From a virus, in IMG/VR virus record IMGVR_UViG_3300025098_000014: a stretch of DNA of 64,000 bases; one strand, 5' to 3'. Shown here in pieces: positions 1 to 8,978 of the stretch. The notes under the pieces are model-generated. The model was given only the letters and a program-made list of their open reading frames with translations. It searched no databases and had not been told where the DNA came from. The translations under genes were made by a program, and so were the position numbers. Each line of letters begins with the position of its first letter. Position 1 is the stretch's first letter.

Positions 1-985
1 CTGACAATGTGCCAAGAGCAGCAGAAACATTGTTCATAACCTTCTTCTCTGCATCAGAGAGAGATTCTGCAGTATACTTGTCAAATTCTCCGTCTTCAAT
101 TGACTTTATATTTTGCTCAATTTCATTAAGTTCCGATCCTACATTAGAGAAAGTTCTAGCAATTATGTTATTCTCCAATCCAGGATTTTTTTCTAGTAAC
201 TTTTCTCTCCTTCTTCGGTACTCTTCAAGAGCTGCGTCTTTACCTTTATCCGAAACTTTATCAATAACTCCCTGAGTGTACTCCTCATAACTACCACGAC
301 CAGTACCATCTGGACCAGATCTATCAAGAATATCGTAAAGTTTCATCCCAAGTCCTGCCGCCACGGCACCTAGCAGTAGATATGGGTTTGACAATAATCC
401 CAAAATCTTTGGAATATTTAACAGCATTGATGTAAGAACACCACTAATTACCCCAGTGATTGCACCAATACCACCATTCAAAGCAAGTGCAATACCACCA
501 GCAATTGCTAATCCTTTGATAATATCATTCTTTATCTTTTCAAAAGCATCATTATCACCTTCTGACCATGCTTCTAAAGCATCTAATCCTTTTATTCCTA
601 ACCACCCTAAAAACAATGTCTCAAGGGCTTTCATAAATCCACCAAAAGGACCCATTGCTTTTTTCTTTAAAGCCTGAATTGGTTTAACTAAACCAGCCTT
701 AATAGAAGACTCAATAAAATTTTCTTTTGTACCTTTTTTAAGACTATCTGCAGATTCTCTCTTTTGCTTTATCTCTCTCTTATCTTCCTGAGCATCTTGA
801 GCGTTTCTACCACCAATTAAATCTGCAATTGCACCCAAATTTCTTTGGATTGCGAAAATATTTTTATTTAATGAATTATATTGCTTGACAGTCAGATTCC
901 CTTCAGGAACTCCAGGATTATCTACCCTACCTTCTGGAGTTCCTTCTTTTCCTGGTGGAAGTAATTTAGTGGGATCAATAACCAT
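1..985 (-). CDS. Tail/baseplate-associated helical protein, possibly tape-measure-like; runs off the window edge
   Basis: Manual translation from ATG at 985 (MVIDPTKLLPPGKEG...) stays open to base 1. It has a coiled-coil region and a Gly/Ala-rich hydrophobic stretch, and follows the gp51-like gene. Not in the ORF track because it is truncated. Confidence 0.6.
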   Translation of the reverse strand, partial: MVIDPTKLLPPGKEGTPEGRVDNPGVPEGNLTVKQYNSLNKNIFAIQRNLGAIADLIGGRNAQDAQEDKREIKQKRESADSLKKGTKENFIESSIKAGLVKPIQALKKKAMGPFGGFMKALETLFLGWLGIKGLDALEAWSEGDNDAFEKIKNDIIKGLAIAGGIALALNGGIGAITGVISGVLTSMLLNIPKILGLLSNPYLLLGAVAAGLGMKLYDILDRSGPDGTGRGSYEEYTQGVIDKVSDKGKDAALEEYRRRREKLLEKNPGLENNIIARTFSNVGSELNEIEQNIKSIEDGEFDKYTAESLSDAEKKVMNNVSAALGTLS

Positions 986-1154
986 TAGATTGCTGTGCCT
1001 TTAAATTTTGTTCCTCAATAAATGATTCTAACAAACTAAGGTAAATGTCCCTTTCCCAAGGGATCATATTTTCAATATCACTCAAGGAGTATTTATGATG
1101 CTGCATGAGGGCAAAGTTTATCTTGTAATAAGCAACGATATCCTCATGCAACAT
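975..1154 (-). CDS. gp51: Baseplate hub assembly catalyst, cyanophage gp51-like (59 aa)
   Basis: Manual translation MLHEDIVAYYKINFALMQHHKYSLSDIENMIPWERDIYLSLL...; carries the FALMQHHKYS..IENMIPWER family motif and follows gp26. Confidence 0.85.
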   Translation of the reverse strand: MLHEDIVAYYKINFALMQHHKYSLSDIENMIPWERDIYLSLLESFIEEQNLKAQQSNGY

Positions 1155-1156
1155 CG

Positions 1157-1870
1157 CTAGCTGAAAAAAGAGGCTAATCCCTCAAGTACAATCTCATTCT
1201 CTACACCAGTTTCAGGATTTTCAAACTTAACCGTATGAGAAAGTTTTGGCATTGTATTAAAGAAAGTTTCAATCTCTTTGAATTGAGAAGAACTTAACTG
1301 ATCAACAAACTCAAGCCACTCTTTCTTAGAAGAGTCTTTAGATTCCCAAGTTTCTTCATCAGAGTAAATCATCTCAATACATGATGCAATAACATCAAAT
1401 GATTTTTGAAGATCAACTCCATCACCAAAGTTTTGAGAGATAAACTCACTAAGTGATGGATACTTCAACCTAAGAGTCAATACATCATCAAGTTTAACAT
1501 CACGCTTGTGATCTGGATCATCAATAACTTTAATTTCATCGATAAAGACTGTCAGAGGTACTTTAGTTTTACCATCGTCTTGACATGTCACAAGAACATC
1601 AATAGATTCTCCTACAGACTTACCCCGAACATTGAGGAAAAGATATTCAATATCAAATGTAGCAAGTTCCTCTACCTTTACTCCACGGGTGATAATACAT
1701 GCACTAAGAACATCTTTAATTGCTCTTGCAATCTGTTCAATTTCTTCACTCTCCATAGCTAGAACAAGAACTTTTTCTTCTTTAACTAGAAATGGACGAT
1801 ACTTGATTTTTTTCTTTGTGGACGGAATAACCAACTCAAATGTCGGAGTTGCAATTTTTGGTAAAGACAT
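1157..1870 (-). CDS. gp26: Baseplate hub subunit, gp26-like
   Basis: MSLPKIATPTFEL..KYRPFLVKEEK, DIEYLFL.VRGKSVGE and C-terminal EGLASFF. Confidence 0.9.
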   Translation of the reverse strand: MSLPKIATPTFELVIPSTKKKIKYRPFLVKEEKVLVLAMESEEIEQIARAIKDVLSACIITRGVKVEELATFDIEYLFLNVRGKSVGESIDVLVTCQDDGKTKVPLTVFIDEIKVIDDPDHKRDVKLDDVLTLRLKYPSLSEFISQNFGDGVDLQKSFDVIASCIEMIYSDEETWESKDSSKKEWLEFVDQLSSSQFKEIETFFNTMPKLSHTVKFENPETGVENEIVLEGLASFFS

Positions 1871-1892
1871 AATGTTTTATCAGTAAATTTAT

Positions 1893-2765
1893 TTAGATGG
1901 GTACACCTGTGGCAGAATCACGAGGTACAAAGTCACTGCCTGGTCCATAGGTGTTCCCAAAATTGCTGTTGGTGCCATTTCCACCATTTTCAAATTGTGG
2001 AAAAGTCCACTGTTCTTGGCGTGGAGGTGGGTTGTTAGTCGCAGGTGGGATGGGCCCTGTTTTTTCAATTGTTTGTCCATCCCCTCGTGGCCTTGAACTA
2101 TACTCTCTGTTTCCAGATGCAGGTTGGTCACTCTTGGTAGTCCTCTCTAAACTTCTAATACTGCCAAGAACATAACGATCATATGCGAATGTAACAGAAA
2201 TTTCTAATACTCGATTATTAGCATAATCTACTGCACTAGGAACGATATTAACAGGAAATGCATTAATAAAGGTATACTCAAGTTTTTGAAAATGATCTTT
2301 ATCAAATTTAGTCAGACCCATTTGACTACACTTATATGTGTCTGGGTATAGCATCCTATTATAAAATGCCTTTTTATCTTGACTCACTTCGCCACCACTT
2401 GCAATAAATTCTTGCCATAATTGGAAAAATTTCATTACTTTATATCCTTTATCCACAATAAATGTGAATGTAGTATCAGTAAAAATTCTTGTATGAGCAT
2501 ACTTCTGGACAACGCCCATGTAGTTGCCCTTTATTTGTGCAGTAGCAAAAGTAGCACCAGGAAGTTCTGCACCCTTACACAAAAGATTCAGTTCTCTAGT
2601 TAGAAAATATGTTGATAATAATGGTTCTCTTTTTTGAACAAAATCTATTAAAGAACCAGGAAAAGCCAGGAGTTGAAACTCAAAATGATTAGTTGTCGCA
2701 ACATTTGTGAACAACGATCTAATATCTTCAGTAGCTCTCTTCCTGGGGTAATTTCTTCGTGGCAC
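1893..2765 (-). CDS. gp54: Baseplate tail-tube initiator, gp54-like (tube fold)
   Basis: LLCKGAELPG, YTFINAFPVNI and ISVTFAYDRY tube-fold motifs; position upstream of gp26. Confidence 0.75.
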   Translation of the reverse strand: MPRRNYPRKRATEDIRSLFTNVATTNHFEFQLLAFPGSLIDFVQKREPLLSTYFLTRELNLLCKGAELPGATFATAQIKGNYMGVVQKYAHTRIFTDTTFTFIVDKGYKVMKFFQLWQEFIASGGEVSQDKKAFYNRMLYPDTYKCSQMGLTKFDKDHFQKLEYTFINAFPVNIVPSAVDYANNRVLEISVTFAYDRYVLGSIRSLERTTKSDQPASGNREYSSRPRGDGQTIEKTGPIPPATNNPPPRQEQWTFPQFENGGNGTNSNFGNTYGPGSDFVPRDSATGVPI

Positions 2766-2794
2766 GCTAAATACCTTAGGTTAAATTTTTTATA

Positions 2795-3229
2795 ATGGCA
2801 TATAAAGGTAGATTTCAACCTAGCAATATTGAAAAATATCGAGGAGACCATCGCAGTATTATTTATCGCAGTTTATGGGAACGAAAGTTCATGGTTTACT
2901 GTGATAGAAATGAAAACATCCTTGAGTGGGGTAGTGAAGAAATCATTATACCATACAGATCCCCATTAGATGGTAGAATCCACAGATACTTTCCTGACTT
3001 CTATATTAAAGTTCGTGAGGACAACGGAAGTATTCAAAGATATATTATAGAAGTAAAACCAAAGAAGCAGTGTATTGAACCAAAGGTACAAAAGCAACGA
3101 ACTAAGACTTATATCCGTGAAGTTGCTGAGTATGCTAAGAACCAAGCGAAGTGGAAAGCTGCTAGTGAATATTGTAAAGATAGATTATTTCAATTTAAAA
3201 TTTTAACGGAAGACAATCTAGGTGTATGA
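2795..3229 (+). CDS. gp4: Head completion protein gp4 (TnsA-like nuclease fold)
   Basis: MAYKGRF.P.N.EKYRGD, IIYRSLWE, WGSEE, HRYFPDF, IEVKP. Confidence 0.92.
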   Translation: MAYKGRFQPSNIEKYRGDHRSIIYRSLWERKFMVYCDRNENILEWGSEEIIIPYRSPLDGRIHRYFPDFYIKVREDNGSIQRYIIEVKPKKQCIEPKVQKQRTKTYIREVAEYAKNQAKWKAASEYCKDRLFQFKILTEDNLGV

Positions 3230-3573
3230 GTAGGTTACAACCAATTGTAGATAGCTTCACTGGTGTTGAAAGCCCTGATAGTATTTTTGAACAATTGATG
3301 GAAGTTCTAGATAATCTAGAAATTATTCCAGAAGGAGGAAAGTTCTATACTTTTATATACAAAGCAAAAACACCAAATATAAGATACGATGAGTTTCCAC
3401 TAATTGCTTGTACTAGCATAGACAAATGGGGATTCACTGGATTTAACTTTCATTGGAATCTAACAAGAAACTATACTTGGCAAGAGTGTCAAAGTCAGTT
3501 ATATGTTATTGAGGCTAATGAACTTGAAGATGCCAGGTCTTTATCATATGCAAAATTCAAAATGTCCTCATAA
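3226..3573 (+). CDS. DNA end protector gp2-like protein
   Basis: GKFYTFIY.AKT...YDEFPLI and GFNFHW resemble the T4 gp2 family; adjacent to gp4. Confidence 0.6.
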   Translation: MSRLQPIVDSFTGVESPDSIFEQLMEVLDNLEIIPEGGKFYTFIYKAKTPNIRYDEFPLIACTSIDKWGFTGFNFHWNLTRNYTWQECQSQLYVIEANELEDARSLSYAKFKMSS

Positions 3574-3591
3574 ATAGGAAATAAAAGAAGG

Positions 3592-4476
3592 ATGGCTACT
3601 CCCAAGTTACTAAGATATCCTCTCGATATTATCGATGCTACAACAGATTATATGTATGTTGAAATATTGAAATATGTTGCTGGTGGTCTTCCAGATTTAG
3701 AGAAGCAGGGCAGTGGCAATTTGAGTACAAAAGGTACTAAAGCAACACAAAGTATAATTTTGCCTATGCCTAATTCTATTGCATCTGTCAATAGAACTGG
3801 ATGGGGTGAATCTAATATGTCTGCACTTGCTGGTGCCGGACTTAAAGTAGCAGGTATAGCTTTAGATGGTGTTACTGGTAGTGATGTAAAAGACAATAAA
3901 GCTGCTGCTACTGAAGAGATAGGAAAGTTTATGACACGCCAAGGGCGGGGACTTGTTAATTCTGGTGCTAGAGAGTTTTTAAGAGCTAGAATCCAAGCAA
4001 GTTTAGTTAATGCAGTAGCAGGAAGTTCTATTAGCACAAACGATGTCTTCGGAAGAGCTGAAGGTCAGATTGTTAATCAAAATGTCGAACTCTTATTTAA
4101 TAGTGTAAGTATCAGACCATTTGGATTTAATTGGGACTTTACTCCTAGAAATCATGACGAATCTGCTGCTGTTCTGCAAATCATAAAGTCTCTTAAAAGA
4201 GCAGCGGCCCCGAAGAGAACCGTAGGACAGAATGGATTCTTGGAAGCGCCAGATGTTTTTAGACTTACTTATAAACGAGGAACTGATGGCCAAAGATTTC
4301 TAAATAAATTTAAGATATGTGCTCTAACAAGTGTTGGAGTAGATTATACTGGATCAGGAATATATGCGACTTATCATGATGGAACTCCCGTTCATTATAG
4401 GTTGAATTTATCATTCACTGAACTCGAACCAATATATTCTGAAGATTACACCGACGCTCTCGAAGCAGGATTCTAA
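3592..4476 (+). CDS. gp48: Baseplate tail-tube cap gp48
   Basis: LRYPL, NQNVELLF...R.F.F.WDFTPRN..E, CALTSV.VDY, LSFTELEP. Confidence 0.88.
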   Translation: MATPKLLRYPLDIIDATTDYMYVEILKYVAGGLPDLEKQGSGNLSTKGTKATQSIILPMPNSIASVNRTGWGESNMSALAGAGLKVAGIALDGVTGSDVKDNKAAATEEIGKFMTRQGRGLVNSGAREFLRARIQASLVNAVAGSSISTNDVFGRAEGQIVNQNVELLFNSVSIRPFGFNWDFTPRNHDESAAVLQIIKSLKRAAAPKRTVGQNGFLEAPDVFRLTYKRGTDGQRFLNKFKICALTSVGVDYTGSGIYATYHDGTPVHYRLNLSFTELEPIYSEDYTDALEAGF

Positions 4477-5123
4477 TGGCTAGTAACTCATACTTCAGTC
4501 TTCTACCCAACTTCCAGTATATCAATCCAATCCAGGTTGGTGGAAAAAAGAAGCAATATGTAGAAGCAAAAAATCTTTTTCTTAGATTAAAACTAAGAGA
4601 TGCGGTATCTCCATTAGCAACTAATTTTCAAAAATATAATATAAGAGATGATCAAAGACCTGATAGTATTGCTGAAGAGTTGTACGGTGATCCAAATTTT
4701 GATTGGGTAATATTAATTACTGCAAACATCATTAATGTTAAAGATGAATGGCCTCTGTCTAGTAGATTGTTATATGAGGTTATGCTTGATAAGTATCAAG
4801 AGAATCTAAACTCAGTTCGTCACTACGAAACAAAAGAGATTAGAGATAGTAAAGATAGGCTCTTATTACCTGGTGGTAAAGTCGTTGATTCTACTTTTAG
4901 AATCCCAAATCCAGACTCTCCTGGGCAAGAAATTAACCCAACTGTAGCAGTATCTAACTGGTTAGTTGAAGTAAGAAAAAACAATGAAAAACGAACGATC
5001 AAAGTACTTAAAAAAGCGTACTTGACATCGTTCGTTAATGAGGCTAGAGATTTCTTACAGTATCAAGAATCTTCTCAGTATGATCGTCAAACTGGACTTA
5101 AAGTCGCTTTTGACAATTTCTAG
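4476..5123 (+). CDS. gp53: Baseplate wedge subunit gp53
   Basis: YF..LPN..Y, RPDSIAEELYGD..FDWVILITANI....EWPL, HYET. Confidence 0.9.
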   Translation: MASNSYFSLLPNFQYINPIQVGGKKKQYVEAKNLFLRLKLRDAVSPLATNFQKYNIRDDQRPDSIAEELYGDPNFDWVILITANIINVKDEWPLSSRLLYEVMLDKYQENLNSVRHYETKEIRDSKDRLLLPGGKVVDSTFRIPNPDSPGQEINPTVAVSNWLVEVRKNNEKRTIKVLKKAYLTSFVNEARDFLQYQESSQYDRQTGLKVAFDNF

Positions 5124-5524
5124 AGAAGACCTAATAATCCACTAACACTTGTTTCAGATGTGATTGTAGAATAAGGAACTGAAGGATTATCGATAAGACT
5201 AGGAGACTCGCCTCTCATGTTGGCTACTCTCGTTATCTCCTCGTTTTCCTTCTCGTTTGCTAGATAACGACTTTCCAGAATCTGTGTCGTTATTACCTTT
5301 GCACTTGCAATCTCCACATCCACAGTTGAACTTGAGTGGTTGTATTTCCATGCGTTCCTGAATAATGTAGTGGGCAACTCTGTATGAGAAATTAATGCAT
5401 ACTCTGCTGTAGGAACATCTTTAGAGATGATATCTACATCGGAAAGAACGCATTGATCTGATGGAATGACGACATTACAGAATCCGTCATCACCATTGTA
5501 AACAATTACTTGGGTGCGTGACAT
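5120..5524 (-). CDS. Hypothetical protein, possible tail-fibre assembly partner
   Basis: The IVY..VVIP...KDVP...ELP..FRNAW pattern recalls small genes that follow phage fibre genes. Confidence 0.45.
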   Translation of the reverse strand: MSRTQVIVYNGDDGFCNVVIPSDQCVLSDVDIISKDVPTAEYALISHTELPTTLFRNAWKYNHSSSTVDVEIASAKVITTQILESRYLANEKENEEITRVANMRGESPSLIDNPSVPYSTITSETSVSGLLGLL

Positions 5525-5527
5525 TTA

Positions 5528-5686
5528 TCAAGCAGCAGCGACTACAACATTTTGAGCAGAAGGGAAGAGATGCTTTACTCTTGCTTCTGCCATATCTGCA
5601 GTTTCAGCAACTACTTCAAGTCTTTGAGTATTAGTATTGTCACCATCATCGTATGTGACAACATATCTAGTGCCAGAGAAAGCCAT
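5528..5686 (-). CDS. Hypothetical protein (52 aa)
   Basis: Start moved to ATG 5686 (MAFSGTRY...), downstream of the late promoter and hairpin. Confidence 0.6.
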   Translation of the reverse strand: MAFSGTRYVVTYDDGDNTNTQRLEVVAETADMAEARVKHLFPSAQNVVVAAA

Positions 5687-5699
5687 TGTTGAAATGTAA

Positions 5700-5737
5700 A
5701 AACTACGAAAGGGAGGTTGCCCTCCCATATATTTATA
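5700..5737 (-). promoter_or_regulatory. T4-type late promoter TATAAATA followed by a GGGAGGGC-AA-CCTCCC hairpin
   Basis: The plus strand reads tatttata at 5730-5737; the hairpin lies at about 5711-5726. Confidence 0.65.
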
Positions 5738-6622
5738 TTATTCTTCTGCAAGACGCTGGAAGTAAGACAGAGCATCATCTTCACTCTCTTGAGGAGACAT
5801 TTGCTTTGTAGAAGATGCCATAATGTCAGGAGAGTTGAAGTTAGTCTCTTCATCAATAACTTCAGGATCAGGAGCCTTAGGAGTAGAAGCTCCTAGAACA
5901 TAGTTCAGACGAGTCTTCAGTTCATCATAAGATTTAAACTGAGAAGGGTCAACTAATTCTGCAAGAGAATATTCCTTCTTCCAGATTGCTTCCATAGCAT
6001 CATCGTCATCCAGAAGTGGTGCTTGACGAGCAAACTCAGAAGAATCATAGTTCCAGTATCCTGCAACTTTCTTGATCTTGATCTTAAAGTCAGCACCCTG
6101 CCAGAAATCAAAAGGATTGATTGGCTCTTCATCTTCAAACTCTGGTTGCATGGAAGACATAACCTTATCAAAGATTTTCTTACCAAACTTATACAAGAAT
6201 ACACGACCCTCGTTATCAGGATTAGCAGGATCCTTTACCACATAGATGTTTGAGTAGTATGACAATTTACGCTTTTGATCACGGGCAATTGCTTTATCAG
6301 ATTCTACACCACTATTCCAAAGACTGGTATTAAGTTCAGAAACAGGATCTTTACTACCATTAGTAGTCAAAGAGTTTTCAATATACCAACCACCAGGACC
6401 TTTAAATGCATGTGAATACATTTTTGCCCATGGGAGATCTTCTCCATCAGGAGCGGGGAGGAAACGGACAACAGCATATCCGTTACCAGCTTTATCGACT
6501 TCTGGTTTCCAGAGACGCTCGTCAGCTGAGTTACCACCCTTATTGGTTTTCTCTACTTCCTTAACTAATTTCGCTGTTAAGGCACCAAGGGATGACTGCT
6601 TTTTAAGTGATGCAAATGACAT
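5738..6622 (-). CDS. gp32: Single-stranded DNA-binding protein gp32
   Basis: DERLWKPEVDKAGNGYAVVRFLP, GGWYIENS, FDFWQGADFKIKI and acidic tail DDALSYFQRLAEE. Confidence 0.97.
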   Translation of the reverse strand: MSFASLKKQSSLGALTAKLVKEVEKTNKGGNSADERLWKPEVDKAGNGYAVVRFLPAPDGEDLPWAKMYSHAFKGPGGWYIENSLTTNGSKDPVSELNTSLWNSGVESDKAIARDQKRKLSYYSNIYVVKDPANPDNEGRVFLYKFGKKIFDKVMSSMQPEFEDEEPINPFDFWQGADFKIKIKKVAGYWNYDSSEFARQAPLLDDDDAMEAIWKKEYSLAELVDPSQFKSYDELKTRLNYVLGASTPKAPDPEVIDEETNFNSPDIMASSTKQMSPQESEDDALSYFQRLAEE

Positions 6623-6663
6623 TAGATTTGGCCTGTAATTGGATTTGGCTTGTATACTGGTCT

Positions 6664-6693
6664 ATTATAGGGCGACAGTGCTCCCATTGTCAA
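6664..6693 (-). promoter_or_regulatory. Sigma70-type promoter for gp32 (TTGACA-18-TATAAT)
   Basis: Consensus hexamers at 6688-6693 and 6664-6669. Confidence 0.75.
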
Positions 6694-7019
6694 GAGATTT
6701 GTGCTCTGACTTTTGTGAGGGTCTTCTGCATATTAGCAAAAAGAACCCCACAGTCAACATCTTGAGGGAAACCCATCAAAATTGCTGATTTACGAACGCT
6801 TTCGCGCATTTCTTGTGCGCGAGGATCATCGGAAAGTGCCATTCTTGTATAAAGATTCCTCTGCTTTTCAAGCAAAAGATCTAGCTTATCAATGTGCTCA
6901 ATTTTTTCTTCACGATCTAATTTTTCAAACGAAAACACTTCAGTATAGATTTCTTCCTGAAGTTCGTTAATTTCATGAATTGCTTCTTGAACAAATTCAG
7001 AATCAAAGAAATCTGACAT
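6690..7019 (-). CDS. DUF1825-like cyanobacterial/cyanophage protein
   Basis: MSDFFDSEFVQ..., LLEKQR..YTRMALSDDP.A. Confidence 0.75.
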   Translation of the reverse strand: MSDFFDSEFVQEAIHEINELQEEIYTEVFSFEKLDREEKIEHIDKLDLLLEKQRNLYTRMALSDDPRAQEMRESVRKSAILMGFPQDVDCGVLFANMQKTLTKVRAQIS

Positions 7020-7042
7020 TTTTACTCTCGTTCTTGGATTAT

Positions 7043-7297
7043 TTAGAGCGGTAATCTTGCTCTGGTGGTCTTTTTCATAAAGTTGAGATCCTGAGCATCA
7101 CGCTTCAGTTTCTCTTTTAATGGTTTTGAGATTAATTTACTGATAGAATCTACTTCTATACTATTTTCTTCACAAAAAAGCACAATAGCTTCAATGTAAT
7201 TCATTTTTTCTTTCAATACAAGAGTCTCAATCTCTAGAGAGAATTTTGTGGCATTCATGAACTTTTTGCCCAGTGCCTTTGTTAATTCATTTTCCAT
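7043..7297 (-). CDS. gp33: Late transcription coactivator gp33
   Basis: FSLEIE..V....NYIEAIV.FCEEN.IE......LISKPLKEK...A..LNF. Confidence 0.9.
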   Translation of the reverse strand: MENELTKALGKKFMNATKFSLEIETLVLKEKMNYIEAIVLFCEENSIEVDSISKLISKPLKEKLKRDAQDLNFMKKTTRARLPL

Positions 7298-7946
7298 TTA
7301 AGTGATACTCCGCGAAGTTTCTGATGTATTTGGTAAGTAACTTCATGTACTTAAGTTTATCATACTCTTGGTATACTTTGCAAGACCCATCTTCACAGGC
7401 CATGATAATGACAAACTTTTTGACAGGTGTGCCAGTCAGTTCATAGTACATACAAGCATAAGCAGCACATTGGACAAGATAACCTTCAATCCACTTGTAT
7501 GGTTTAGGTTTTGCCGATGTTTTGAAATCAATAACTGCTAATTCTCCATCATACTCAGCGATACAATCTACAGTTCCAGCAACTCCTAATTGCTCACTGT
7601 ACAAAGATCCTTCTAGAGTATGAATATTACTAATCCGATTTAGATCAGGTTTGGCAATTTTAAACAAAAATTCAGGAAGAGGTTTTACCTTAGGGAGAGT
7701 ATCATTCTTTAGATAATGCTCTGTGAGAGTGTGCATATCTGTACCACGACTCGTAGAGAGTCTAGTCTTTAGATTTGCTGCTTCTTCTCCAACTCTTTTC
7801 CTCCATTTGATGAAAATTTCTCTATTATAAAAACTGATAATAGAGGTAATGGATACCATCTTTGTGTCAGGTGTTTCATAATATCGTACACCATCAATGG
7901 TGTTCCTCTCTAACCGAGGAAGTTCAATTTCAAGATGATTAAACAT
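7287..7946 (-). CDS. PD-(D/E)XK exonuclease
   Basis: RYYETP, RGTDMH, AGTVDCIAEYDGELAVIDFKTS, Q..AY; usual phoH-exonuclease-gp33 order. Confidence 0.85.
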   Translation of the reverse strand: MFNHLEIELPRLERNTIDGVRYYETPDTKMVSITSIISFYNREIFIKWRKRVGEEAANLKTRLSTSRGTDMHTLTEHYLKNDTLPKVKPLPEFLFKIAKPDLNRISNIHTLEGSLYSEQLGVAGTVDCIAEYDGELAVIDFKTSAKPKPYKWIEGYLVQCAAYACMYYELTGTPVKKFVIIMACEDGSCKVYQEYDKLKYMKLLTKYIRNFAEYHLNGK

Positions 7947-8698
7947 TACATACCGAGTGCCAATTTAGTAGAAAGATATTCTTTACAGAGACCAGAACGA
8001 ACAATATCATCAACACCAAATTCAATTGATGCGAATGATGGCATTTGCTCTAGAATCTTCATAAAGTCTAGGATGCCATTTTTTTCGTAAGTCTTAGTCA
8101 AATCAGTCTGGGTAGCATCACCACAGAAATGAATTTTAGAATTCTCACCAACTCTAGTAATTATACTATCAAGTTCATGAAAATTCAAGTTTTGACATTC
8201 ATCTACAATGACAATTGCGTCATCGAGAGTAGTTCCACGAATGAATGATGTAGACCAGAAAGAAATAGTCTCTTGCTGCTTCAGATTACCATACAGCATC
8301 TCAAAGTCAGAGTCAGTAGGCATCTCAAACATATATTTTACCATATTCTTATAGGGAATTTGGTAAAGAGCTGACTTATCCTCATGATCTCCAGGAAGAA
8401 AACCAATCTCCCTAGTAGATACTAAAGAACGGACAATATAGATTTTTTGATAAGGAGAATATTCGTCAAGAACATCTTTAATAGCATTATACAGCACGAT
8501 AAAGGTTTTGCCCGTACCAGCTGCTCCATAAGCAAAGATATTTTTTCCCTGAGAATAGTCCTTGAATAGGGTTTCTTGATTATCTGTTAACGGATGAATA
8601 TCAACCAGGAAGTCCGTATTAATAGGTTTCTTCCTTCTCATCTGCTTGCTGGTCATTCCAGCGCCAGCACTTGGATCGGACTTTCTCTTCCTAGGCAT
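7946..8698 (-). CDS. phoH: PhoH family ATPase
   Basis: Walker A GAAGTGKT, IGFLPG, RGTT, DECQN, GD..QTDL, DIVRSGL. Confidence 0.95.
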   Translation of the reverse strand: MPRKRKSDPSAGAGMTSKQMRRKKPINTDFLVDIHPLTDNQETLFKDYSQGKNIFAYGAAGTGKTFIVLYNAIKDVLDEYSPYQKIYIVRSLVSTREIGFLPGDHEDKSALYQIPYKNMVKYMFEMPTDSDFEMLYGNLKQQETISFWSTSFIRGTTLDDAIVIVDECQNLNFHELDSIITRVGENSKIHFCGDATQTDLTKTYEKNGILDFMKILEQMPSFASIEFGVDDIVRSGLCKEYLSTKLALGM

Positions 8699-8701
8699 AA
8701 T

Positions 8702-8956
8702 TTAGTCTAAAGTAAGTTTTTGGCAGTTTTTACCAGTTTTTTGTGCGTTAGCTAATACTTCATTCCAACCGGGTTTAGATTTAAGAAGTTTATCTTTCCA
8801 TTCACCAACTTCACCTACACCAGGCATGGTTGATGGGTCAGAATAATCACGAATCCAATCTGGGTTAGATTCTGTCCAAGAAACCCAGTCATGAACACTC
8901 ATAACTACTTCTTTTTGTTCACCAGTTTCTTTGTTTACTACGGGATAAGTTGCCAT
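8702..8956 (-). CDS. Conserved cyanophage hypothetical protein
   Basis: MATYPV.NKETGE...PGWNEVL; tightly packed upstream of phoH. Confidence 0.7.
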   Translation of the reverse strand: MATYPVVNKETGEQKEVVMSVHDWVSWTESNPDWIRDYSDPSTMPGVGEVGEWKDKLLKSKPGWNEVLANAQKTGKNCQKLTLD

Positions 8957-8978
8957 AAGAATAATGTTGTAGTTTTAT

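Noticed and set aside
7287-7946. Cas4-like nuclease suggesting a CRISPR system
   Set aside because: It is the standard exonuclease between phoH and gp33; no cas genes or repeat-spacer array were seen anywhere in the window.
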